A DNA stretch of 64,000 bases, taken from NCBI GenBank assembly GCA_020348445.1, contig CP070751.1, positions 4,743,778 to 4,807,777 of the forward strand, read 5' to 3'. Under the pieces are notes generated by a model, which made no database searches, was not told the DNA's origin, and saw only the letters and a list, made by a program, of their open reading frames with translations. How positions within the stretch are numbered: position 1 is the stretch's first letter; each line of letters opens with the position of its first letter. The translations under genes were made by a program, and so were the position numbers. Positions 19,001 through 27,636 of the stretch are shown one piece after another. Origin of the DNA: Thermoplasmata archaeon. GTDB taxonomy: Archaea > Thermoplasmatota > Thermoplasmata > GCA-020350865.

Positions 19001-22000
19001 CGTAAGGTGATAGTGGATACCTCGGCGTTCCAATATATAAATTGGTTACAGGGCGCGAATCGTCCACCCATACAACAATTGTATTTCCTGATTCATTGTG
19101 ACCAAGATTATCTTTACTACCCCATGTTATGGTGTGCATGCCCTCACCGTAGGCTGATAAATCAAATGCTGAGCCTGTAAAGTAATCACCGTCTATCGTA
19201 TACCATGTAAAATCGATTCCAGCATTATGGATATCGGGCTTATCAGCTGCTGATAAGGAGAACAGGGTTTCTGACGTCACATTACAACCATCGTAAGGTG
19301 ATAGCGGATATCTCGGTGTTTCAATGGACAAATCGGTTTCAGGTGGTAAATCGTCCAACCAGACAACTATTGTATTTCCTGTTTCATTGTGACCAATATA
19401 ATCGGTGCTACCCCACGAGATCGTATGGGCACCTGCCCCGTAACCTGCAAGGTCGAACAGCGATCCAGCATAGTAATCGCCGTCTATTTTGTACCAGGTG
19501 AAATTTATGTCAGAGTTATGGCCAACTGGTTTATCATTTCCTGATAGCGTAAACTGGGTGCTGGATGTTATGTTACAACTTTCGTATGGTGTTAATGGAT
19601 ATCTCGGTGTTCCCATGTCTAGATCTGTTTGTGGAGGCGAATCATCAACCCAGACTTTTATTGAATTTCCTGTTTCGTTGTTGCCAAGATTATCTTCGCT
19701 GCCCCACAAAATGGTGTGTCCCCCCTCACCGTAGATGGATAAATCAAAAATGGATCCAGTATAATAATCACCGTCTATTACATACCACGTGGAACTGATA
19801 CCAGTGCTGTGAGTTATAGGCTCGTCAGCTCGCGTCAGCATAAACTGGGTGGTTGATGTCACGTTGGAGCCATCATTTGGAGTCAAGGGATATCTTGGCA
19901 GGCCAATGGTCAATTGAGTTTGCGGGGGCGAGTCGTCAACCCAGATCGTTATTGAATTTGCTGTCTCGTTGTGTCCCAAATTGTCCATGCTTCCCCATGT
20001 GATCGTATGCTGGCCCTCTCCATAGAAAGACATATCAAATGCAGAACCAGTATAATAATCGCCGTTGATGGTATACCAGGTAAAATTGATACCAGAGTTG
20101 TGAACATCGGGCTTATCTGATGCTGTTAAGGTAATCTGGGTGTCTGATGTCACGTTGATACCTTCATAGGGGAAGGAAGGATATCTCGGCAAGCCCACCG
20201 ATAATCCTGTTTCTGGGGGTGAACCATCAACCCAGACAAAGAACGAGTTTCCTGTTTCATTGTTACCTAGATTATCGATACTGCCCCACAAAACCGTATG
20301 GGAGCCTTCGCCGTAGGTTGATAAATTGAATGTTGTTCCAATGTATAAATCTCCATCTATGGAATACCATGTGAAGTTCATTCCTGAGTTGTGAAAACCT
20401 GGATAATCTGCACCTGATAATGTAAACTGGGTTTCGTGTGTCACGTTCACATATTCAAATGGAATTTCGGGATATTTTGGAGAACCTATAAAAAGGTTAG
20501 TTGATGGGGGTGAATCATCAAGCCAGACTATGAAAAATTTTCCAGTTTCGTTGTTACCAACATTATCCACACTACCATATGAGATATTATATTTGCCCTC
20601 GATGTAACCTGAGAGGTCGAAGGTGGTACCTTCATAATAATCTGAATCGATGACATACCACGTCTTATTCACCCCTGTTCGTGAATCTGATGAGGATAAC
20701 GATATCTGGGTGCTCGACGTGATGTTCCAGGGATTAAATGTTACTAGGCGGTATTTTGGATCTCCAATAGTGTATGTGGTAATTGGTGGGGTAATATCAA
20801 GATAAACCTGAATTGAATTGGCTGTTTCATTGTTACCCACGTTATCGATGCTTCCGTACATGATCGTGTACAATCCCTCTGCATAGCCTGATAGATTGAA
20901 TTCAAAACCCTCGTAATAATAGGAATCGATGATGTACCAGGAATAATTGGTGCCAGAATATTGGTCAGTGGACTGTAATGTAAAGGTTGTCATGTAAGAG
21001 ACATTCAATATGTCGCCAACGGTTGCTCGAAAGTTCGGCTGCCCTATTACAATGTTCGTTTGCGGAGGTACCACATCTACATTAACGGTCTGAATATTTC
21101 CAGTGGCATTCTGGCCTAGATTGTCCATACCACCCCATGTGAGGGTGTGAACTCCTGGTGTTAGTGTAAAAGGAGCTGAGTACTCGTAATACACCCCATC
21201 GATTGTATACCACGTGAAATTGATTCCAGAGCCATCACCGTCACCATTGTCAACAAGGGTAAGTAAAGTTGTGGTAGAGATATTCCAACTGTCAGTTGGT
21301 TGTTGTCGAAATTTTGGTGTGCCAAATGAAATATCGGTAATGGGTGGTGTGCTGTCGAGGTTGACTTTTATACCCCATGTCTGGAAGTTGCCCACATTAT
21401 CTTCGCTGTACCATAATAAATTGACCTCACCATCTAGAATTCCAGAAAGATTAAATATCAAGTCGTAGTGGGGACCAGAATCAGCAAAATACCAGGTGGT
21501 ACTCATTCCCGAGTACTTGTCATATGGGGATAAAGTGAACAAGGTTTCATCTGTCACATTCCAGGGATGGGAGTCGTGTACCCGATATTTTGGAGTGCCG
21601 ATGGCGATGGGTGTGACAGGTGGAGAGTTGTCCAGGCATACAAATATGTTATTGCCTGTCTCGTTGTTACCCACCATATCCTCGCTACCCCAGGTTATGT
21701 TGTGCAGGCCCTCATCATAGCCTACCAAATCGAATGCCATCCCTTCGAAGTATTCTCCATCTATCGTATACCATGTGAAATTCACACCCTCATAGTTGTC
21801 AACAGCAGACAATGTGAACAGAGTAATCGTGAGGTTCGCGGTGACATTCCAATTGTCCCCGATATTCTCCTTGTATTTTGGATCTCCGATGGTGAGGGTT
21901 GTAACAGGTGGGCCGATATCGGCAACTGTGATATTGACCTCATCAGTATCCCAATTTCCGAAGCTGTCACTGACATTCAAAATCACGGTATAAAACCCGG

Positions 22001-24170
22001 GCACAGTGAAATTGTGTGTTAATATGGAATCGGTCCCATTGTGATATGTTCCGTCTCCAAATGACCAATTGAACCAAGCGATAAAGCCAGAGTTGTCAGT
22101 GGAGCCTGAGCCATCCAAAACCACCGCAACGTTTACATCCGATGAATTGTCAGGACCTGCATCTGCCACAGGCGGTATGTCAGTTGGTACCGCCACGTTA
22201 TAGACTATTGGTGTATAAAGCAAATGACCCTCCTCGTCCAGGATTTTGACGCGGAAATCCCAGAATCCCTCCTGCAAAGCAGTGCAGTTGATCACTCCGT
22301 TTCCACCTCCGATCCAGCTTAAGTTTACTTGAGGTACTACAGATAAAAATGGATCTGACGTGCCGTTCAACCTGGACTCAAGAATAAATGAACCGTTGTT
22401 GCCATCGTTATCGGCACCTACATCCTCATCAGGAAAGCCTGTATCGTTAAGTATGAAGTCGTACACAGGTTTAATGCTCATGTCATCTACAGGATCTGAT
22501 ATGAATATTCCAACAGGGCCGGAATAGATCTCGTTAAAGCCAATGGACATGTTGCCGTCCGGGGCTATATCGCTTATGTTCCAAACCCAAACATGTGTGT
22601 CCGAGCCATTGTAGCTGTCACTGTTGGGAACGGTGTCGTTTCTGAAGCCCATGACATCGTTTTTCCAGGGATCTGTCGATTCGCCCTTGGAGCCTCCAGC
22701 AGTAATAAGTTCTTCATTGCCATCTGCTTCCTCTAGGTCAACCCTCAATCGATTGGGATTACGATTTGCAGGGGCAGTTTCATTGATATGCCATATTAGA
22801 ATTCCATCACCTGGCAGGAATGAGTCGAATCCTTCTTTCTGTCTGTTTTCCACCAAAAAATATTCGGTTGTGTCCTGCGAGGGATCATGAGCCCATATCT
22901 TATAGATTACAGTATTATTCCATACAGGTGGAATTTCCAATCTGAAAAGAGAAAGATCAGATGTGACTATTTTGGGCTCAACCCATCCCAGTTTTATTTT
23001 TGACCATGCACAGAAATGGGCTGGAGAATTTCCTCCTCCATTCCAAGAGCCGCTAGCCATGACACCCCATTTACCTATTCCGTCAGATTCACCGCCGCTT
23101 CCCCCATAATCTGAATCATAAAGGTCAGGTAGGTTTAGTACATGCCCGAATTCATGGGCAAAAACTCCCACCCTTCCGTCTTCTGGTTCTGTTGAATACG
23201 ATCCTGCTGTAACACCATCATTTGTTACATAGAATGTACTGCTTTTATGGGACCATATATCAAATTCGTCCCCGCTTTGCTCCTCTCCTGAGCCTGCATG
23301 TATTATAAATAGGGCATCTATCCACCCATCGGAATCCAAATCATAGGGTGAGAAATCAACTGTTGGATCTGATTTGTTCACAGCCTCTCTTGCCATGTTG
23401 GATACAGAGCCATTGGCATTGTCCCTCCCTCCCCCCTCATTGTCACCATAATAAGCCCTCACATAGTCACTTTGAAAGGGGCCAAAAACATCCACCTCGA
23501 TATCGAATTGACCGTACGATACCTCCTGATAATAGGTGCGCATCGTATTGCCGGTGGTTCCGTTAAGCAACTGCTCAAAATGGGCTTTGTCATTTCCCGG
23601 ATCAAAATCATTATCCTGAAAACTCAGCATGATGGCAACTGCCTTCCATGTGGTGTTTATAGGAGGTGCCCGAGTCCCATGGGGTTTATCTCTCACTTTT
23701 AATCCACTAACATCTGGATGATCATTGGATAAATGTCTTTGTATTCCAGAAATAAATATTGGATCTACCTCACCGACTCTATTATTGGTGGGAACCAAAA
23801 CACCCCTTTCATCTTTTTCTGCGTAGGTCCACCAGCCAGTCTCATCTTCCATAATGGAATATCCATCCATGGTTTCCACGTGACCACCAAACTGTTCCCC
23901 AACTCTTCTAGCTTCAAATTCAGTGCCATCGGGCTGAATTATAATAAAAGGGGCAGGATCTGGTGGATAGGTCGTGTATCCTGTATAATATCCCTCATCA
24001 TCAAGCAAATTTGCATTAATATCTTGGATACTGGGCTCCATTACAGTTGAGAGATTTTCCGAGTTCTCTATATTACTCCCAGCTATTCCTAACAAACCAG
24101 CAATTAAAAGGCAAATAAGTGATAGGAATATCATAGAACTTGGATGATGTTGTTTAGCTTCCTTCTTCAC
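16008..24170 (-). CDS. Giant surface-anchored M6 (immune inhibitor A-like) metallopeptidase: signal, M6 domain, PKD, ~19 WYTIDG-type repeats, Ca repeats, TM, cytoplasmic tail
   Basis: The zinc motif is AHEFGHVLNLPDLYD at 23121-23160 (HExxH plus the LPDLYD typical of M6). The PKD domain is ADAGPDN...WSFGDGT...VILNVSD at ~21930-22190. There are ~19 repeats of the same ~93-aa module as in the downstream gene. D-rich Ca repeats lie at ~16290-16540. The TM helix is INFLIIGIILLIILILMY. The start codon in the track is GTG, and an ATG 12 codons downstream is possible. Confidence 0.8.
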   Translation of the reverse strand: MKKEAKQHHPSSMIFLSLICLLIAGLLGIAGSNIENSENLSTVMEPSIQDINANLLDDEGYYTGYTTYPPDPAPFIIIQPDGTEFEARRVGEQFGGHVETMDGYSIMEDETGWWTYAEKDERGVLVPTNNRVGEVDPIFISGIQRHLSNDHPDVSGLKVRDKPHGTRAPPINTTWKAVAIMLSFQDNDFDPGNDKAHFEQLLNGTTGNTMRTYYQEVSYGQFDIEVDVFGPFQSDYVRAYYGDNEGGGRDNANGSVSNMAREAVNKSDPTVDFSPYDLDSDGWIDALFIIHAGSGEEQSGDEFDIWSHKSSTFYVTNDGVTAGSYSTEPEDGRVGVFAHEFGHVLNLPDLYDSDYGGSGGESDGIGKWGVMASGSWNGGGNSPAHFCAWSKIKLGWVEPKIVTSDLSLFRLEIPPVWNNTVIYKIWAHDPSQDTTEYFLVENRQKEGFDSFLPGDGILIWHINETAPANRNPNRLRVDLEEADGNEELITAGGSKGESTDPWKNDVMGFRNDTVPNSDSYNGSDTHVWVWNISDIAPDGNMSIGFNEIYSGPVGIFISDPVDDMSIKPVYDFILNDTGFPDEDVGADNDGNNGSFILESRLNGTSDPFLSVVPQVNLSWIGGGNGVINCTALQEGFWDFRVKILDEEGHLLYTPIVYNVAVPTDIPPVADAGPDNSSDVNVAVVLDGSGSTDNSGFIAWFNWSFGDGTYHNGTDSILTHNFTVPGFYTVILNVSDSFGNWDTDEVNITVADIGPPVTTLTIGDPKYKENIGDNWNVTANLTITLFTLSAVDNYEGVNFTWYTIDGEYFEGMAFDLVGYDEGLHNITWGSEDMVGNNETGNNIFVCLDNSPPVTPIAIGTPKYRVHDSHPWNVTDETLFTLSPYDKYSGMSTTWYFADSGPHYDLIFNLSGILDGEVNLLWYSEDNVGNFQTWGIKVNLDSTPPITDISFGTPKFRQQPTDSWNISTTTLLTLVDNGDGDGSGINFTWYTIDGVYYEYSAPFTLTPGVHTLTWGGMDNLGQNATGNIQTVNVDVVPPQTNIVIGQPNFRATVGDILNVSYMTTFTLQSTDQYSGTNYSWYIIDSYYYEGFEFNLSGYAEGLYTIMYGSIDNVGNNETANSIQVYLDITPPITTYTIGDPKYRLVTFNPWNITSSTQISLSSSDSRTGVNKTWYVIDSDYYEGTTFDLSGYIEGKYNISYGSVDNVGNNETGKFFIVWLDDSPPSTNLFIGSPKYPEIPFEYVNVTHETQFTLSGADYPGFHNSGMNFTWYSIDGDLYIGTTFNLSTYGEGSHTVLWGSIDNLGNNETGNSFFVWVDGSPPETGLSVGLPRYPSFPYEGINVTSDTQITLTASDKPDVHNSGINFTWYTINGDYYTGSAFDMSFYGEGQHTITWGSMDNLGHNETANSITIWVDDSPPQTQLTIGLPRYPLTPNDGSNVTSTTQFMLTRADEPITHSTGISSTWYVIDGDYYTGSIFDLSIYGEGGHTILWGSEDNLGNNETGNSIKVWVDDSPPQTDLDMGTPRYPLTPYESCNITSSTQFTLSGNDKPVGHNSDINFTWYKIDGDYYAGSLFDLAGYGAGAHTISWGSTDYIGHNETGNTIVVWLDDLPPETDLSIETPRYPLSPYDGCNVTSETLFSLSAADKPDIHNAGIDFTWYTIDGDYFTGSAFDLSAYGEGMHTITWGSKDNLGHNESGNTIVVWVDDSRPVTNLYIGTPRYPLSPYEGCNVTSSTQFTLSGSDKPDIHNSGIDYTWYLIDGEYHLGFTFDLTGYSEGSHTIAWGSMDNLGSNETSNSITVWVDDSPPVTDLTIETPRHPLSPYDGCNVTSSTQFTLSRADEPTLHNAGIDLTWYTIDGEFYTGTSFTLSGLVEGSHTITWGSYDRIENNETDNFITIWLDDSPPSSLLSISDPKYRKDDEDNWNVTILSIFTIYSSDLYSGVDFTWYTIDGNYFEGNFFNLSGYSEGLHTITWGSQDNLGWNETNPPEIVNLNFTSLVTILDIGVPKYRESTTDLWNVTSQTDFKLTVLIISNDADFTWYTIDGEYHEYDGNPFTLSGLDEGLHTLTWGSRDTLGYNESYNFMDVILDDSPPNTPYDISEPKHRDNLDDYWNVTHATIFTLIPSDKYSGVNYTWFFIDSNYYVGTSFNLSGLGQGLHTIIWGSVDNLGNSEPGNTLNVILDAGFPSTSLSFDQPKFRAAGIDTWNVSSDTEFSLSSSDSKSGVYTSWYTIDGEYFEGSTFYLSDLNDGVHTITYGSIDNLGNNETAKSKIVILDNTRPVTDIDFTSPKYRDSQYDYWNVTDASMFSMTSTDQRSGVADTWYTIDGVYHEGSNFYLTGILDGFHTIKYGSYDNLGNNETEKTQLIYLDTKHPDTDMDIGSPKSPMADNDNWYITSQTTFTLTPFDMYSGVAHTWYTLDGKYFVGTIFNLDGKSDGFHTITWGSMDNLENNETGNTQRVYIDNTPPKISIKVGQPNGTINDELHIATSTPITLDSFDSGADGTTILYSIDGGTSYTIYESPFKVPNSTTSIIYYGIDALDNEADKSTLQVIVDIIDTDGDGVEDIRDTDDDNDGLLDIDEDKNQNGIVDEDETDPLNPDTDGDGVGDAEDKYPTDKDRWREPTDWEKLPFIGQFEQSFCINFLIIGIILLIILILMYKGYKRWRASASWKKEPEPAQQQIVVQEQPEPPVNSVGEETTYQNVTWEDTSSPGNRINQKERPKSPNK

Positions 24171-24376
24171 TGTTTCACACTGCCGATTCCCAGGGGATTT
24201 CGGTAAATTCAGTTAACCTTAATATTTCATTGACGCCCACTCGAAATACCCCCCAGTCCATAAATCAATTTTAGTTATAGTAAGAATAATATATATACTC
24301 TTTCATTTTACCCCGCAAAGTGACACTTGAGTCCGTATTTACTAATTATCTGTGGGGATCCCCACTCGGCCATACG

Positions 24377-25975
24377 TCATTTTTTACCTTCCAAAATCGC
24401 CTTTAAAAGACCAACATAGAGTGGAGCCGGCCTTGCAGGTCTGGACTTCAGCTCTGGATGAAACTGGGATGCTACAAAGTATGGGTGGTCAGAAAGTTCG
24501 GCAATTTCCATTCTGATCTTGTCTGGGGACCTGCCAGTGAATTTCAATCCACTGTCCTCGATCTGCTTTATATAATCTGGATTTATTTCGTATCTATGGC
24601 GGTGCCTTTCAGATATGGTTGTGGATTCATAAAGCATTTGAGCTTTGGATCCTTCTTGAACTATCACGTCCTGGGCTCCCAGCCGCATTGTACCTCCCAG
24701 ATTCTTGACACCCTTTTGCTCAGGCAGAATATCCACCACAGGATGCGGTGTGTTTTTGTTGAACTCTGTGCTGTTGGCACCTTCTAATCCAAGGACATTT
24801 CTGCAAAACTCCACTACAGCCAGCTGAAAACCAAGGCAGATGCCTAAAAATGGGATTTTATTCTCCCTTGCATATCTTGCAGCCTCGATCTTTCCCAGGG
24901 CACCCCGTTTTCCAAATCCTCCCGGAACTACCACACCATCGACACCTTCAAGCTGGATAGCTGTGCCCCCTGGTTTTTCATCCTCGGCCTCCACCCATCT
25001 GATATTTACCTTGGATTTGGTAAAGGCCCCGCAATGATGCAGTGCCTCGAAGTGACTGATATATGAATCTTTAAGATGCGTGTACTTCCCAACTATTGCG
25101 ACACTCACCTCACTTTCCGGATTTTCGAGTCTGTCGAGGAAGGCCCTCCATTCTTTTAGATCTTCAGAGGAGGAGGGTACACCCAATCTCTCCAAGAGAA
25201 AATCGGTGAGGCCCTGTTCCTCGAGAATCAAAGGAACCCTGTAAATGCTCTGGGCATCGGGAGCGCTGATCACAGCAGTTGTGGGAACATCGCAGAAAAG
25301 CGATATCTTCTCCTTAATTGACTTGCTGAGAGGGGACTTTGCCCTGCATACGATGGCATCGGGTCGAATTCCTATTGCCCTCAGCTCCTTGACTGAGTGT
25401 TGTGTAGGTTTTGTCTTTTGCTCCCCCACAACGCTCATAACAGGTACCAATGTGATATGTACGAACATACAGTTCTGATGCCCAATCTCTATGTGAAGCT
25501 GGCGGACCGCCTCTAAAAAGGGCATGGACTCGATATCCCCTACAGTGCCTCCCAGCTCAACAAGTGTTACATCCACACCAGATTTTTCAGCGGCCTCTTT
25601 GATCATATTTCTTATCTCATCTGTTATGTGCGGGATAATCTGAACTGTCTGGCCGAGGTAGTCTCCTCTTCTTTCCTTCTCAATTACTGCCCTGTAGGCC
25701 TTGCCGGTTGTGATGTTGTGATCCTTTGTCAGACTCGTATCCAGAAAACGCTCGTAGTTGCCGAGGTCCAAATCCACCTCGCTTCCGTCATCCAGAACAA
25801 AAACCTCGCCGTGCTGATAGGGATTCATGGTGCCAGCATCACAGTTGAGATAGGGATCGATTTTTATGGCAGTTACAGAAAGCCCCCTGCTCTCCAGGAG
25901 TTTACCCATTGAGGATACTGTGATTCCCTTTCCTAGTCCAGATAAAACACCGCCCGTGACGATAATATATTTCAT
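24377..25975 (-). CDS. pyrG: CTP synthase
   Basis: 532 aa. It has [19 protein letters not shown] at the N-terminus and the GATase triad context GICLGFQ...HRHRYE. Confidence 0.95.
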   Translation of the reverse strand: MKYIIVTGGVLSGLGKGITVSSMGKLLESRGLSVTAIKIDPYLNCDAGTMNPYQHGEVFVLDDGSEVDLDLGNYERFLDTSLTKDHNITTGKAYRAVIEKERRGDYLGQTVQIIPHITDEIRNMIKEAAEKSGVDVTLVELGGTVGDIESMPFLEAVRQLHIEIGHQNCMFVHITLVPVMSVVGEQKTKPTQHSVKELRAIGIRPDAIVCRAKSPLSKSIKEKISLFCDVPTTAVISAPDAQSIYRVPLILEEQGLTDFLLERLGVPSSSEDLKEWRAFLDRLENPESEVSVAIVGKYTHLKDSYISHFEALHHCGAFTKSKVNIRWVEAEDEKPGGTAIQLEGVDGVVVPGGFGKRGALGKIEAARYARENKIPFLGICLGFQLAVVEFCRNVLGLEGANSTEFNKNTPHPVVDILPEQKGVKNLGGTMRLGAQDVIVQEGSKAQMLYESTTISERHRHRYEINPDYIKQIEDSGLKFTGRSPDKIRMEIAELSDHPYFVASQFHPELKSRPARPAPLYVGLLKAILEGKK

Positions 25976-26190
25976 TAATTTTACCTCACGGGAATGGGCA
26001 ATTGCGTTGGATGTCTATAAAGCTAACGTGGTACTATGTGGCAGGAACGTTGCTTTAATCCCGTTTTTCTTTTTGATTCAAATCTTTATGTGTGACGTCG
26101 CTTTTAACGATTTTTTGGGTGGGAGATCTATTCATTGTTCTTACAATATAATCATTCATGTATCATATCTTGATAAGGGTAAAGTTCATA

Positions 26191-26316
26191 GGGTGGGAGG
26201 AGGGGGTAATGGATGGGGGGTATTTGATGGGGGGCATTGGATAGGAGGCATAGAATTGGGTGTATTAGAGGTGGTATTAGATAGGGGGCATTGAATGGGG
26301 GGACATGGGATGGGGG
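26191..26316 (+). repeat. G-tract-rich degenerate ~14-nt repeat with two canonical four-tract G-quadruplex candidates
   Basis: GGGTGGGAGGAGGGGGTAATGGATGGGGGG lies at 26191-26220 and GGGGGCATTGAATGGGGGGACATGGGATGGGGG at 26284-26316. Between them are reiterated GG(G/A)GGCAT(T/A)G(G/A)AT-like units. The tract lies in the divergent intergenic region between pyrG and the GTPase gene. Confidence 0.6.
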
Positions 26317-26439
26317 ATTGTTTGAAAAATTTATGAGGTTTAAGGGTGAAAGGAGAGGGATTTATAAGGTGGGGAGGATGTCTTCGTAATCAGCCTACAT
26401 CTTTTTTTATCATTAATGCAATAGGGTATTGATGATAAC

Positions 26440-27630
26440 ATGGAGGTAGGTGTAGTTGGAAAGCCGAATGTGGGCAAGTCCACGTTCTTTTCGGCGGCAA
26501 CGTTGGCAAAGGCGGAGATCGCAAGCTATCCCTTCACCACAATCGAGGCAAATCGGGGTGTTATGTACGTTCGGGCAAAATGCCCTCATGTGGATTTCGA
26601 GACCCAGTGCAATCCCAGAAATTCCCACTGCGAAAACGGAACGCGCCTTGTGCCTGTGGAGGCCATAGATGTGGCAGGTCTGGTTCCCGACGCACACAAG
26701 GGAAAGGGCCTGGGAAACAAGTTCCTGGACGATTTGAGGCAGGCTGCGGCCCTTGTTCACATAGTGGATGCCAGCGGGTCAACAGATTCCGAGGGGAATC
26801 CCTGCGAGGTGGGGAGCCACGACCCCATGGAGGATGTTGAATTTCTGGAAAGGGAGATAAACCAATGGATAAAAGGGATACTCTTCAAGGACTGGCACAA
26901 GCTCTCAAAACAGGTGGAGATGAGCGGAACTAAATTGGAGCGCATTTTTGCAGAGAAGCTCACAGGTCTGGGGATAACAGAGGGAATGATATATGCAGGT
27001 CTTCGGGACGCAGATTTAGGAGATAAACCCACTCAATGGAGCGAGGAGGACCTTCTTCTTCTATCCCATCGGATAAGGGCACACGGCAAACCAATGATCA
27101 TTGCAGCCAATAAATGCGAAATCGCCCCCGAGGATAACCTAAAAAAGCTGAAGGAACTTGAGGATTACATTGTCATTCCCACCTGTGCCGAGGTAGAACT
27201 TGCACTACGAAGGGCCTCAAAGGGAGATATGATAGATTATGTGCCTGGTTCCGATTCCTTCAAGATTCAAGAGGAAAAGGACATTTCGGAGGCCCATAAG
27301 AAGGCCCTGGAAAAGATCCAACATATTCTCGATAAAATCGGAAATACAGGGGTCCAAAAATGCGTTGAGGAGGCTGTTTTCAAACTTCTTGACCTTATAG
27401 TTGTCTATCCTGTGGAAGATGAAACGCATCTGACAGACAAGGATGGCAGAGTACTTCCCGATGCTTATCTTATGAAACGAGGGGCAACTGCTGTGGATCT
27501 GGCGTTCAAGGTTCATACAGATTTGGGTAATAACTTCATAAGGGCAATAGACGCAAGGACAAAGCGTGTGGTAGGGCACGACCATGAGCTTAAAGATGGC
27601 GATGTAATCAAGATAGTGGCCAACGCTTGA
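26440..27630 (+). CDS. Obg-family P-loop GTPase/ATPase of YchF type with a C-terminal TGS domain
   Basis: G1 is [10 protein letters not shown]3 is DVAGLV and G4 is NKCE. The C-terminal TGS-like end is [12 protein letters not shown]. Confidence 0.8.
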   Translation: MEVGVVGKPNVGKSTFFSAATLAKAEIASYPFTTIEANRGVMYVRAKCPHVDFETQCNPRNSHCENGTRLVPVEAIDVAGLVPDAHKGKGLGNKFLDDLRQAAALVHIVDASGSTDSEGNPCEVGSHDPMEDVEFLEREINQWIKGILFKDWHKLSKQVEMSGTKLERIFAEKLTGLGITEGMIYAGLRDADLGDKPTQWSEEDLLLLSHRIRAHGKPMIIAANKCEIAPEDNLKKLKELEDYIVIPTCAEVELALRRASKGDMIDYVPGSDSFKIQEEKDISEAHKKALEKIQHILDKIGNTGVQKCVEEAVFKLLDLIVVYPVEDETHLTDKDGRVLPDAYLMKRGATAVDLAFKVHTDLGNNFIRAIDARTKRVVGHDHELKDGDVIKIVANA

Positions 27631-27636
27631 GGTTTT

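Noticed and set aside
9891-24050. Dozens of 60-150-aa ORFs antisense to, or out of frame with, the two giant protease genes (for example 9891-10142, 16213-16587, 17863-18291, 21567-22022)
   Set aside because: They recur with the period of the coding repeats and have low-complexity Ser/Pro/His-rich translations. They lie entirely inside long ORFs that have clear domain content. They are a typical artefact of repetitive coding DNA.
25866-26294. A 142-aa ORF ending in GGGGNGWGVFDGGHWIGG
   Set aside because: Its 5' part is antisense to pyrG. Its 3' part is simply the translation of the G-tract repeat. It has no start context and no domain.
26413-27032. Several ORFs overlapping the 5' half of the YchF-type GTPase gene (26413-26760, 26456-26668, 26561-26782, 26580-26840, 26757-27032)
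   Set aside because: They are alternative frames or strands of a locally GC-richer coding segment. Only the 26440-27630 frame shows the G1-G4 and TGS motifs.
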